A stretch of DNA of 63,989 nucleotides, filler included, from an uncultured Acidimicrobiia bacterium (lineage in GTDB: Bacteria; Actinomycetota; Acidimicrobiia; Spongiisociales; JAOTWH01): NCBI GenBank assembly GCA_964347285.1. It is 3 parts of 3 records of this genome, joined end to end, with 100 filler letters (N's around TTAATTAATTAA, not from the genome) between each part and the next. Parts side by side here need not be neighbours in the genome. Positions count along the whole stretch, not along the records: positions 26,161 to 51,890 come from CAYFYE010000029.1; 2 more parts are not named here. One strand, 5' to 3'. The notes below the pieces were generated by a model. That model worked only from the letters and a program-made list of their open reading frames with translations. It was not told where the DNA came from and made no database searches. Positions 38,947 through 48,772 of the stretch are shown piece after piece. How positions within the stretch are numbered: the first letter of the stretch is position 1; every line of letters starts with the position of its first letter. The translations under genes were made by a program, and so were the position numbers.

Positions 38947-40980
38947 ATGCACGACCACCTCACCACCCACCCCGGGGCCGTTGATTCGCAGCAGCCCCAC
39001 GGCGCAGTGGCTGCTCACGACAAGCACGAGGGCCACACCCCGGAGATGTTCCGGGATCGTCTCGCGGTCAGCCTGCTGCTCACGATTCCCATCCTCTACT
39101 TCTCGTCGCAGATACAGGACTGGCTCGGGTTCGAGGCGGTGAGCTTCCCGGGCGAGGGGTGGGTCAGTCCCATCGTGGCCACGATCCTCTTCTGGTACGC
39201 CGGCCGGGTCTTCTTGGAGGGCGGGCGCCGGGAACTGGCGGCCCGGGCGCCCGGGATGATGACACTGATCTCGTTGGCCATCTCCGTTGCCTACGGCTAC
39301 AGCTTGGCCGTCTCCCTGGGTCTGGACGGGATGCCCTTCTACTGGGAGCTGGCCACGCTGCTCGACGTGATGCTGCTCGGGCACTGGATGGAGATGCGGT
39401 CGGTGCAGACGGCGAGTCGCGCTCTCGAGCACCTGGCGTCGATGGTCCCGTCCACTGCTCACCGGCTCGAAGGTGGGACCGTGGTGGACGTCGCGGTGAG
39501 TTCGCTGACCGGAGGGGACCGGATCTTGATACGCCCCGGTGAGCAGGTGCCGGCCGATGGCGACATCGTCGAAGGAGCTTCCAGCCTCAATGAGGCGTTT
39601 CTGACCGGAGAATCGCGACCGGTGGCCAAAGGCGAAGGCGATGAGGTCGTGGCGGGAGCGGTCAACGGCGAGGGAGCTCTCACGGTCGAAGTCACCCGGA
39701 CGGGAGACCAAACCACTCTGAGCCAGATCATGCGACTGGTGGAGGAGGCCCAAGCTTCTCGAAGCCGTTTTCAGGCCCTGGCCGACCGGGCCGCGTTCTG
39801 GCTCACGCTGATCGCCATAGGGGTGGCAATCCCCACCCTGGTCGGCTGGCTGGTGGCAGGCGACGGAGTCACCTTTGCGGTGGCCCGGGCGGTCACGGTG
39901 CTGGTCATAGCCTGCCCTCACGCCTTGGGGTTGGCGATTCCGCTGGTGACGGTAAACGCCACATCGCTGTCCGCGGCCAACGGCATTCTGGTTCGCAACC
40001 GGGAGGCGTTCGAGCGAGGGCACGCGGTCTCGGTCGTTGCCTTCGACAAGACCGGGACTCTCACGGAGGGTCGCTTCGTTCTTACCGAATTACAGGCGGA
40101 GGGCATCGGTGATGCCGAGGCATTGCGGTTGGCGGCGGCAATCGAGCGAGTTTCCGAACACCCCCTGGCTGCCGCGATCGTCGAGGCCTCCTCGGAACGC
40201 AACCTGAGCCTGCCGGTCGCCACGGACGTGCGCGCCGTTCCTGGGTTGGGCCTGGAGGGGGCGGTGGACGGCCATCGAGTTCGCATCGGACGGCCCGAGT
40301 GGGCCGCCGATTTGGGGATGGGCGTCGCAGGGTCGCTGGCCGAAGCGCTCGCAGTCTCCGACCGGCGGGGTGAGTCGGCGGTGCTGATGATGGATGAGGC
40401 CGGTGTGCTGGCCGTGTTTTCCTTGGCCGACAAGGTGCGCGACAGCGCTCGGATGGCGGTAGCTCGGCTCGACTCTATGGGCCTAACCACCGTGATGATC
40501 ACCGGAGATGCAGAGGCGGTTGCAGCGACGGTTGCCGAGGAGCTCGGCATCGACAGGTACTACGCCCGGGTGCTGCCCCGGGACAAGGCCCAGATCGTCG
40601 CCGAATTGGGGGCCGCAGGCCGGGTGGCCTTCGTGGGCGATGGCATCAACGACGCGCCGGCCCTTCTTCGGGCCGACCTCGGCATCGCCATCGGCGCCGG
40701 GACCAACGTGGCCATCGAGTCCGCCGACCTCGTGCTGGTGGAGAACGATCCCCTCGATGTGGTGCGTGCCCTCGAGTTGTCGCGAGCTACCCACCGCAAG
40801 ATGATGCAAAACCTGGCCTGGGCCACCGGCTACAACACCGTCGCCATCCCACTGGCCGCCGGTGTGGCCGCCACCGCCGGCATCCTCCTGTCGCCGGCCG
40901 TCGGGGCGTTGTTCATGAGCTTGTCGACGGTCATCGTGGCCGCCAACGCGATGCTGTTGCGGCGGGTGCGTCTGACCTGA
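38947..40980 (+). CDS. copB: P1B-3 type copper-translocating ATPase
   Basis: His-rich N-terminus, TGES, CPH, DKTGT, SEHP, GDGINDAP, GYN, MSLST. Confidence 0.92.
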   Translation: MHDHLTTHPGAVDSQQPHGAVAAHDKHEGHTPEMFRDRLAVSLLLTIPILYFSSQIQDWLGFEAVSFPGEGWVSPIVATILFWYAGRVFLEGGRRELAARAPGMMTLISLAISVAYGYSLAVSLGLDGMPFYWELATLLDVMLLGHWMEMRSVQTASRALEHLASMVPSTAHRLEGGTVVDVAVSSLTGGDRILIRPGEQVPADGDIVEGASSLNEAFLTGESRPVAKGEGDEVVAGAVNGEGALTVEVTRTGDQTTLSQIMRLVEEAQASRSRFQALADRAAFWLTLIAIGVAIPTLVGWLVAGDGVTFAVARAVTVLVIACPHALGLAIPLVTVNATSLSAANGILVRNREAFERGHAVSVVAFDKTGTLTEGRFVLTELQAEGIGDAEALRLAAAIERVSEHPLAAAIVEASSERNLSLPVATDVRAVPGLGLEGAVDGHRVRIGRPEWAADLGMGVAGSLAEALAVSDRRGESAVLMMDEAGVLAVFSLADKVRDSARMAVARLDSMGLTTVMITGDAEAVAATVAEELGIDRYYARVLPRDKAQIVAELGAAGRVAFVGDGINDAPALLRADLGIAIGAGTNVAIESADLVLVENDPLDVVRALELSRATHRKMMQNLAWATGYNTVAIPLAAGVAATAGILLSPAVGALFMSLSTVIVAANAMLLRRVRLT

Positions 40981-40986
40981 GCATCC

Positions 40987-41520
40987 TCAACCCGGCCGCC
41001 GTACCACTGCGAACCGGGTGGCATTGTCGGGCCTATCGATCACGTCGCAGGCCAGCACCTCGAGCCCGTAGGTTTCGGCCGCCTCCGGCGGCGCCAGCGC
41101 TCCCAAGGAGGGATCGGCGCGCTCGGCGACCCGTCGGGCCGCGCCGGCGGTGTCGTCGGCGGGTACCGCCTCCCAGCCCCGGTCCCGCAGGGTGTTCTCC
41201 GCCTGGGCGAGGGCTTGGGGGTGGGAGAGGACCCGCTCGACATCGTCGATACGAGACCCCACCGGTCCCAGCAAGGCGTGGCGGACCGAAACCCGGCGTT
41301 CGGCAACGACTTCGAAGTCGACCAGCCGCTCGGCGACCTCTGGGATCGGCCCCGTCGTCGAGTTTTCGACCGGCAGCACCAGCCGGTCCACCTCGCTCTG
41401 GGCCAGCGCCTCGAAGCAAGCCGCAAACGTGGGGAAACCGATGAGGGCCTCGCCGGGAAACAGCTCCTCGGCGGTCCGGTGGCTGTACGACTGAGGCTCG
41501 CCCTGGTAGCCGACCCGCAT
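40987..41520 (-). CDS. pheA: Prephenate dehydratase, catalytic domain only (no ACT domain)
   Basis: YQGEPQSYS, PVENS, SHPQALAQ, DTAGAA, NATRF then stop. Confidence 0.85.
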   Translation of the reverse strand: MRVGYQGEPQSYSHRTAEELFPGEALIGFPTFAACFEALAQSEVDRLVLPVENSTTGPIPEVAERLVDFEVVAERRVSVRHALLGPVGSRIDDVERVLSHPQALAQAENTLRDRGWEAVPADDTAGAARRVAERADPSLGALAPPEAAETYGLEVLACDVIDRPDNATRFAVVRRPG

Positions 41521-41584
41521 GGCCGGCCGACCCTAACCGGTTCTCTTGTCGGGGAGGCGGCGGGCGGCTAGAGTTCTCGCCCAC

Positions 41585-41656
41585 ATGAAATCGCATGCCT
41601 CCGTGTTCGGCTTCTTCTTTACCGGGCCCCCGGCCCGGGTCGAGGGAGCGCGCTGA
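41585..41656 (+). CDS. Phe-rich attenuator leader peptide MKSHASVFGFFFTGPPARVEGAR
   Basis: 23-aa ORF with 4 Phe in 5 codons upstream of a terminator and aroF. Confidence 0.75.
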   Translation: MKSHASVFGFFFTGPPARVEGAR

Positions 41657-41679
41657 GCACGTAGGCAGCAGAGAACCCG

Positions 41680-41708
41680 AAACCCGGAGCAGGGGCTCCG
41701 GGTTTTTC
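41680..41708 (+). terminator. Intrinsic terminator of the aroF attenuator
   Basis: aaacccggagc-aggg-gctccgggttt followed by ttct. Confidence 0.85.
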
Positions 41709-41748
41709 TATTCCCGGGGCCTCCGTTCCACAGAGGGAGGAGCCCGTC

Positions 41749-42822
41749 ATGGAAGGAGACCAGGTTCTCAAGGCCCACCGGCGGCCCGGATCGCCGACGA
41801 CGATCGTCGAAGTAGGGGGGGTGCGCTTCGGCGACGGCGGGTTCCCGGTGATCGCCGGCCCTTGCTCGGTGGAGAGCGAGGCTCAAGTGATGGAAACCGC
41901 CCATGTGGTCGCCCGGGGCGGGGCGGCCATGCTGCGGGGCGGCGCCTTCAAGCCCCGTACTTCCCCCTACTCATTCCAGGGTCTCGGCGCCGACGGCCTG
42001 CGCCTGCTTCGGCGCGCCGGAGACGAGACCGGGCTGCCGGTGGTGACCGAGGCCATGGAGCCGGAGACGGTCGGCCTGGTCGCCGATTGGGCCGACATGA
42101 TCCAGATCGGCTCGCGCAACATGCAGAACTTCCCCCTGCTGAAAGAGGCGGGACGGAGGGGGCGTCCCGTCCTGCTGAAGCGGGGGATGTCGTCGACCAT
42201 CGACGAGTGGCTCCTCGCCGCCGAGTACATCCTCGAAGCCGGCAACGGCCGTGTGGTGCTCTGCGAGCGAGGGATCCGTACATTCGAGACTCGCACTCGG
42301 AACACACTCGACATCAGCGCCGTGCCGGTGGTGCGCCGGCTCAGTCACCTACCGGTCGTAGTCGATCCCAGTCACGCCGCCGGGGCCAGGGATCTCATCG
42401 TGCCGCTGGCGCGGGCCGGGCGGGCCGCCGGTGCCCACGGGATGATGGTCGAGGTCCATCCCCGTCCCGATCAGGCGCTCTCCGATGGGCCTCAACAGCT
42501 CGACGCTGGCGGATTTCGGGAATTGATGGAGGCGCTGGGCATCGGCACCCTCCGCGAGGAGATAGACCTGATCGACAGGGAAATCGTGCGCTTGCTGGCC
42601 GAACGCCTCCGTCGGGCCCTGGACATCGGCCGCGAGAAGACCCGGCGGGGCCTCCCCGTTCTCGCCCAGGATCGGGAGGAGGCGGTGCTCGACGGAGTGC
42701 GCCGGAGCGCCCGATCCCACGGCCTCGACGAACGCGCCACGGCGGAGCTGTTCCGGCTCGTCATCGGCCAGTCCCGGCTGGCCCAGGCCGGCTTCCGGGA
42801 CCGGGCTGAAGCCGCCGGCTGA
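41749..42822 (+). CDS. aroF: Type I-beta DAHP synthase fused to C-terminal AroQ chorismate mutase
   Basis: [40 protein letters not shown]-terminal [16 protein letters not shown]...K....REE. Confidence 0.92.
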   Translation: MEGDQVLKAHRRPGSPTTIVEVGGVRFGDGGFPVIAGPCSVESEAQVMETAHVVARGGAAMLRGGAFKPRTSPYSFQGLGADGLRLLRRAGDETGLPVVTEAMEPETVGLVADWADMIQIGSRNMQNFPLLKEAGRRGRPVLLKRGMSSTIDEWLLAAEYILEAGNGRVVLCERGIRTFETRTRNTLDISAVPVVRRLSHLPVVVDPSHAAGARDLIVPLARAGRAAGAHGMMVEVHPRPDQALSDGPQQLDAGGFRELMEALGIGTLREEIDLIDREIVRLLAERLRRALDIGREKTRRGLPVLAQDREEAVLDGVRRSARSHGLDERATAELFRLVIGQSRLAQAGFRDRAEAAG

Positions 42823-42863
42823 GATCCGCGTCTGCGGACGAAGACCGGCGGGCCGCGGCCACA

Positions 42864-44615
42864 ATGGGGGCCGTGACTGCGCCGATGACCCCGAGCCGTC
42901 TTGCCAACGTGGGCGCCCGGGCCGCTGTACACGCCTTCAGCCACTACCAGGACCGCTTCCGGGCCATTACCGGTCGGGCCAGGGGGCGTTTCGAGCAACG
43001 CGACTGGCACGGCGTGCAGGCCGACATGGTGGAGCGGCTCGACCTCTATCGCGACGTCATCGACGAGGTGACCGCCGAGATGCGCTCACTTCTGGGCGAT
43101 CACGTCGAGGACACGGTGACCTGGGCGAGCCTCAAGGCGGTCTTCTCGGGACTCATCGCCGATCGGGGCGATTGGGAGATCGCCGAGACCTTCTTCAACT
43201 CGGTCACCAGGCGCATCTTCGCCACGGTCGGCGTCGATCACCGCATCGAGTTCGTGGCGACCGATTTCGATTCGCCCCCCACCCGAGCCCCCCGGCCCCT
43301 CTTCTACCGCTACAAGTCCACCGGCAGCATCGAGGAGCTCATCGAGGCCATCCTCACCGACTTCCGCTTCGACGTGCTGTACGAGGATCTGCGCCGCGAC
43401 GCCAAGCTGGCGGCGGCCGCCCTCGAGCGTCATTTGCAGCAACGTGTGTTGCCGCTCGACATGGATGGCGCCGAGGTGGTCCGCCAACCTTTCTACCGGG
43501 GCCAGGGCGCCTACCTCATCGGCCGGCTGGTGACCGAAAGCGGGTACGTGCCGCTGGTGATCGCTTTGCGCAATCCCGCGGACGCCGTGGTCGTCGACGC
43601 GGTACTCATGGACGAGGACGACGTGAGCGTGCTCTTCAGCTTCACCCGCTCCTACTTCCACGTCGACATCGAGCGACCCTACGACCTCGTCCAGTTCCTC
43701 AGCACCCTGATGCCCGGCAAGCGCACCGCCGAGCTGTACACCGCCATCGGTCTGCACAAGCACGGCAAGACCGAGCTGTATCGAGAGCTGCTCGCCCACG
43801 TGGCCGCCGCCGATGACCACTTTGAGATCGCCTGGGGCGACCCCGGCCTGGTCATGGCGGTGTTCACGATGCCCGGCTTCGACTTCGTGTTCAAGGTGCT
43901 GCGAGATACCTTCGGTGCTCCCAAGCAGATCACCCGGGGCCGGGTGATGGACAAGTACCGGCTGGTGTTCCATCACGACCGGGCCGGGAGACTGATCGAC
44001 GCCCAGCCGTTCGAGCATCTGCAGTTCGATCGGAGCCGCTTTGCCCCCGACCTGCTCGAGGAGCTGGTGAGGGAGTGCTCGCGTACGGTCGAGGTCGAGG
44101 ACGACACCGTGGTGGTCCATCACGCCTACGTCGAGCGCCGGGTCCGTCCCCTCAATCTCCACGTGCGTCGAGCCGATTCGGCCGAGGCGGAGCGGGCCGT
44201 CATCGACTACGGCTACGCCATCAAGGATCTGGCTGCTTCGAACATCTTCCCGGGGGACATGCTGTTGAAGAACTTTGGAGTGACCCGCCACGGCCGGGTG
44301 GTCTTCTACGACTACGACGAGCTGGCTCTGCTCACCAGTTGCTCGTTCCGGGAGATGCCGGACACCGACCACTACGACGATGCGCTCTCCGATGAGCCCT
44401 GGTACGGGGTAGGCGAAGGCGACATCTTCCCTGAAGAGTTCCGTTCGTTCCTCGGCATGCCGGCGCCGCTACGCGCCGCCTTCGAATACCGTCACAACGA
44501 CCTGTTCGACCCTTCGTTCTGGCGCGGGTATCAAGAGCGCATCGAGGCCGGCGAAATCATCGAGATCTTCCCTTACCAGCCGGACCGAAGGCTCCACCCC
44601 AGCTCGGTGGAGTAG
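42864..44615 (+). CDS. aceK: Isocitrate dehydrogenase kinase/phosphatase
   Basis: AETFFNS, FSFTRSYF, KHGKTELY, G.PGLVM.VF, FKV, HDRAGR, NIFPGDMLLKNFGVTRHGRVVFYDYDE. Confidence 0.95.
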   Translation: MGAVTAPMTPSRLANVGARAAVHAFSHYQDRFRAITGRARGRFEQRDWHGVQADMVERLDLYRDVIDEVTAEMRSLLGDHVEDTVTWASLKAVFSGLIADRGDWEIAETFFNSVTRRIFATVGVDHRIEFVATDFDSPPTRAPRPLFYRYKSTGSIEELIEAILTDFRFDVLYEDLRRDAKLAAAALERHLQQRVLPLDMDGAEVVRQPFYRGQGAYLIGRLVTESGYVPLVIALRNPADAVVVDAVLMDEDDVSVLFSFTRSYFHVDIERPYDLVQFLSTLMPGKRTAELYTAIGLHKHGKTELYRELLAHVAAADDHFEIAWGDPGLVMAVFTMPGFDFVFKVLRDTFGAPKQITRGRVMDKYRLVFHHDRAGRLIDAQPFEHLQFDRSRFAPDLLEELVRECSRTVEVEDDTVVVHHAYVERRVRPLNLHVRRADSAEAERAVIDYGYAIKDLAASNIFPGDMLLKNFGVTRHGRVVFYDYDELALLTSCSFREMPDTDHYDDALSDEPWYGVGEGDIFPEEFRSFLGMPAPLRAAFEYRHNDLFDPSFWRGYQERIEAGEIIEIFPYQPDRRLHPSSVE

Positions 44616-44618
44616 GGC

Positions 44619-45800
44619 TTGGGCCGGTCGATCGGCTGTCGGTGGCCGGACCATCGTGGGCCCGACGCCCGCTGGGGAGCCGGAGCCGTCATTGCCGGTT
44701 TTGTCGTTCTGGCGGTCCTCTTGCTGGCCGGCTGCAGCGGCACGGAAGAGGGCTCGGCCGGCCCCCCTCGGCTGGTGCCGACCTCCCTGGCTGTGCCGGC
44801 TTCCACGCCGGCACCGGCTCCTCCCGATGAGTCGCCGCAGGCCTTCACCTCCGGAGCGGAGCAGACGCCGGTCCCGGTGGCGGCCGTTCCCGCCAACGCC
44901 AGGATGGCAACCGCTCCGTGGGGGGAATGGGGAGAGTGCCCGACGTCGATCCGGTGGATGTGCTCCTCGCCGGGGTACCGGTGTGTGTGGTGGGCCTGTC
45001 CATTGCCGACGGGCCGGCGTGGGCGGTGGCGCTGGAGATCGGGACGGTCGAGGTGGTCACTATCGGGCCGGACGGTTCGGCCACGATCGCTCCTCTGGGT
45101 GTCTTGCCCCCGGGAACGCCCCCTGCCGTGTGGGTCGAACACGGAAGCGTGGCGTTGGTGCCGCGCCCCGGCGATGCTTCTCCCCTCAGCCATCCGTCGA
45201 TCGCCGCCGACGGCAGCGTGCTGGCGGTGCAGACCGACGGGACCGTCGCCATCGACTCCGGTGGCGAACGGGTCCGGGTTGCCGTCGGAGCCCTCCCCGA
45301 TGCTCGAATCGTCCTCGGCGACGGTCGAGCGCTGGTGCTGTTCGGCCCCACCGAGGACTACCGGCACGGGGTGCTCGGAGACGTCGTGGAGGCTTCTTTC
45401 ATCTCGGTCATCGACGTCGGCACCGGCTCGATGATCGCGATCATCGATGTTCCCGACGGCTTGGTGGTCGAGGGCCTGGCTCCGATCTGGACCGACCTGG
45501 ACGGGGACGGCCGGCGGGAGGCGATCGTCACGCTCAGCAACGCTGTCCAGGGTGCCCAACTGGCGGTGTTTGGCGGACCGGGGGCACCGGCGGCGCTGGG
45601 ACCGGCCATCGGACGGGGCAGCCGCCGGCGCCACCAGATCGCCGTGGCGCCGTTCGGTTCCTCCGGCGAGGTCGAGGTGGTCGCCGTACGCACCCCCCAC
45701 ATCGGCGGCATCGTGGAGTTCTATCGGCCGGCCGGTGATCGGCTCGACATCGTGGCCTCGGTCGACGGATTCACCTCGCACGTCATCGGCTCGAGGAACC
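44619..45800 (+). pseudogene. 5' part of a disrupted lipoprotein with FG-GAP/EF-like DLDGDG motif
   Basis: Lipobox LLLAGC in one frame, body (DGNR...YRHGVLGD...DLDGDGRRE...RTPHIGG...HVIGSRN) in another; coding character ends near 45800. Confidence 0.7.
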
Positions 45801-45843
45801 GGGGTCACCTGCTGCGAACGGTCGTAGCGCCCCCTCCTCCACC

Positions 45844-46245
45844 TCAGCCGGTGACGTTGACCGTGGCCGTCATCGACGGATGGATGGAGCAGAAGTAGGT
45901 GAAGGTGCCCTCCTCCGTGAAGGTGTGGGAGAAGGTGTCGCCCTCTGCCATAGTCCCCGAGTCCCAGGCGCCGTCGTCGGCGGTGGTGGTGTGAGGGACG
46001 CCGATCTCGTTGTTGGTCCAGGTGACGGTGGTCCCCAACGGAACCGTGAGCATGTCGGGGCCAAAGGCGAACTCGACGATCTCAACGGCCGCGGGGTCGG
46101 CGGCCGGCGCGGCGGTGGTCGCGGGGACCTCGGTGGTGGCGGGAGCTGCGGTCGTCGGCGCCGCCGTTGCCGCGCCGTCACTCCCGCTGTCGCCACAGGC
46201 GGCGACTCCGAGGGCGAGCACGGCGATGAGGATGAGTTGTCTCAC
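45844..46245 (-). CDS. Cupredoxin (plastocyanin/amicyanin-like) lipoprotein
   Basis: Lipobox VAAC, VTWTN, PHT, YFCSIHPSM type-1 Cu ligands; RBS aggagg. Confidence 0.9.
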   Translation of the reverse strand: MRQLILIAVLALGVAACGDSGSDGAATAAPTTAAPATTEVPATTAAPAADPAAVEIVEFAFGPDMLTVPLGTTVTWTNNEIGVPHTTTADDGAWDSGTMAEGDTFSHTFTEEGTFTYFCSIHPSMTATVNVTG

Positions 46246-46357
46246 TGGCACCTCCTGGCCAACAATACGGTAGGCGGGGCCGTTCGGTTCGCGCTCACAG
46301 CTCCCCCACCCGGCATAGGGCCATCGGCGTGGTGAAGTGTCGATAGGCTCGGCGGCC

Positions 46358-47269
46358 ATGTCGGAGATCGTCACTCAGCCCGACGACGTCACCGTCCCCT
46401 TCGAGGATGAGGTCAACCTGTTGGAGAGGCTGGTCGACGCCGGCATCCCCATCACCCACCTGTGCGGAGGGCGCGCCCGGTGCTCCACCTGCCGGGTCAA
46501 GATCGAGGCCGGCGGCAGCGGCCTCGCCCCGCGCACCGAGGCTGAGGAGGCCATGGCACGGCGGCTCGACTTCCCCGACGAGATCCGCCTGGCGTGCCAG
46601 ACCCGAGCGGCGGCGTCGCTGACGCTGCGCCGGCTGGTGCTTGACGAGGCCGACACGGCGCTGGCGAGCCAGCTTGGAAGCCACGCCTACTCCGGGCCGG
46701 TGGGGCGGGAGGTAGAGGTGGCGGTAATGTTCGCCGACGTCGCCGGCTTCACCTCGATCGCCGAAACCCTGCCCGCGTACGACGTGATGCACATCCTCAA
46801 CCGGTTCTTCACCGGGGCCAGCGACGCGATCGAGGCCAACGGGGGCCACGTCGACAACTACATGGGGGACGCCGTCCTGGCCCTGTTCGGGGTGAACCAC
46901 GAGCCGCTGCCGGGGCGAGCCGCCATCCGCTCCGGGCTGGCGGTCATCGAGGTGGCGGCCCGGCTGTCCCACTACACCGAGCGGGTCTACGCCTCCCCCT
47001 TCCGGGTGCGGGTCGGCATCGACTACGGCCCCGTGGTCTACGGGATGCTGGGCGCCGAAGGAACGGCGCGCGAAACCGCCATCGGCGATGCCGTCAACGT
47101 GGCGAGCCGGCTCCAAGGGGCCAACAAGGACATCGGCACCGACATGCTGGTGAGCGACGAAGTCTTCGAGCACTGCCCCAGCGACGTTGAGTTCGGTCGA
47201 TCCTTCGACCTCGACCTGCGGGGCAAGGTGGGCCGTATCACCGCCCACGAGGTGGTGGCGATCCGCTAG
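46358..47269 (+). CDS. 2Fe-2S ferredoxin-fused class III nucleotidyl cyclase
   Basis: CGGRARCSTC...RLACQ; FADVAGFT, YMGDA, GDAVNVASRL. Confidence 0.92.
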   Translation: MSEIVTQPDDVTVPFEDEVNLLERLVDAGIPITHLCGGRARCSTCRVKIEAGGSGLAPRTEAEEAMARRLDFPDEIRLACQTRAAASLTLRRLVLDEADTALASQLGSHAYSGPVGREVEVAVMFADVAGFTSIAETLPAYDVMHILNRFFTGASDAIEANGGHVDNYMGDAVLALFGVNHEPLPGRAAIRSGLAVIEVAARLSHYTERVYASPFRVRVGIDYGPVVYGMLGAEGTARETAIGDAVNVASRLQGANKDIGTDMLVSDEVFEHCPSDVEFGRSFDLDLRGKVGRITAHEVVAIR

Positions 47270-47317
47270 CTCCGGTCCCGGCCCTCACCGGCCGGTGCAA
47301 CCCTGCTCCGTGGCCCA

Positions 47318-47691
47318 CTAACCCACAAAGGCATCGATCGCCGTCTGATCCCAGTCCATGGCCCACAGCTCGGTGATCTTGTCGTCACCGATGTGATACA
47401 CCACAGCCCGGTTGCCGCTGTAGCTCTGGTCGCCCTTGGTAGCCGACAGGGTGTTGAGCACCACGGCAAGCCCGTCGCCGACGGTGAGCGCGTGATGATC
47501 GATCGTCATCGAGTCGAGCTCGGCCGACATGCTGCCCAGCCGGTCCAGCACCGCCTGCCTGCGGTGAAGGTGCCCGACCACTTGCTGTGTCCGCTTTGGT
47601 GGGAAACGATGTCGTCGGCGTAGTACTCGGCGGCTCCCACCCAGTCCCCGGCGGCGATCTTGTTGGGGTAGTCCTGCACGAAATGGGCCAT
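47318..47691 (-). pseudogene. SnoaL/NTF2-like protein with one frameshift
   Basis: MAHF...YADDIVSHQSGHSKWSGTFT continues in another frame as QAVLDRL...VVYHIGDDKITELW; shift near 47560. Confidence 0.75.
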
Positions 47692-47814
47692 GGGCTCTCC
47701 TTCCGTCGGTGTCATCGAAAACCTGCACACGGCTGCCGGTGTCGACAGGCGATGGCGCCCGCCTCGTAGGACGGGCGCCACCTGCTATGCCGCGTTGCTC
47801 TACGCGGGTCCCGG

Positions 47815-48713
47815 GCCGACAGGTCCTCGATGGGCTTGGTGGCCCTGATGCCGGCGACCACGTCCTCGCCCTGGGCGTTGGTGAGGTAGTCGCCCTCGAT
47901 GTGGGGCTCACCGGTGGTGGCGTTGCGCGACATGACGACGCCGGTTCCCGAGTCGTCGCCCATGTTCCCGAAGACCATCCTCTGGATGTTGACGGCGGTA
48001 CCCAGGTCGTGAGCGATGCCGGCAGCGTCCCGGTAGTCGCGAGCGCGCCGGCCGTTCCACGACTTGAACACGGCCTCGGTGGCCAGCCGCAGCTGCTCGT
48101 ACGGGTCGTCGGGGAAGCGGGGGGCGATCTCGCGGAACTCAGCGACGATGCGCTCGAGGTCGTCCAACGGGAGCTCGGGTCGGTGGCGACCCCCGCCTCG
48201 GCGCGGTGGTTCTCCAGCACGTTCTCGAACAGCTCGTCGCGCAGACCGAGCACCACCGACCCGAACATCTGGATGAGGCGGCCGTTGGAGTCGAGCACGA
48301 AGTGCTCGTCCCCGGTGAGCTTGGTGAAACCGGCCACCACATCGTCGTTGAGGCCGATGTTGAGAACGGTGTCCATCATCCCCGGCATGGAGAACTTGGC
48401 CCCGGAGCGGCACGACAACAGCAGCGGGTCGGCGGCGTCGCCGAACGTCTTGCCGGTGCGGGCCTCGACGTCGGCCAGCGCCGCCATGATCTGATCCCAG
48501 GCCCCTTCGGGGAACTCGCCGCCCTCGTCGAGGTGGGCGAGGCAGGCCTTGGTGGTGACGGTGAAGCCTTGGGGGCACGGGGACACCGAGCCGCGTCATC
48601 TCGCCGAGGTTGACGCCCCTGCCTCCGAGCAGGCCCCGCACCTCCTCCCACTCGCCACCGACCTCCTTCTCGGCGAGGTCGAACTCATCGAAGGCGTATA
48701 CCCACTTCGTCAT
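47815..48713 (-). pseudogene. ppdK: Pyruvate phosphate dikinase, N-terminal ~300 aa only, two frameshifts
   Basis: LLGGRGVNL, PVP.GFTVTT, RSGAKFSMPGMMDTVLNIG, GTAVNIQRMVFGN, NAQGEDVVAGIR; truncated after KPIEDL. Confidence 0.9.
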
Positions 48714-48772
48714 CAGATCTCCTGTTGGTTCGTTGGGGCCATTGTCACCATCGACAGCCGCCGGCGTAGAGT

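Noticed and set aside
37705..40023. 772-aa minus-strand ORF containing a MerR HTH segment (apparent large fusion)
   Set aside because: Shadow of copB and the cytochromes that happens to include the middle frame of the broken merR
47318..48586. Apparent PPDK-SnoaL fusion ORF
   Set aside because: Chance read-through joining fragments of two frameshifted pseudogenes
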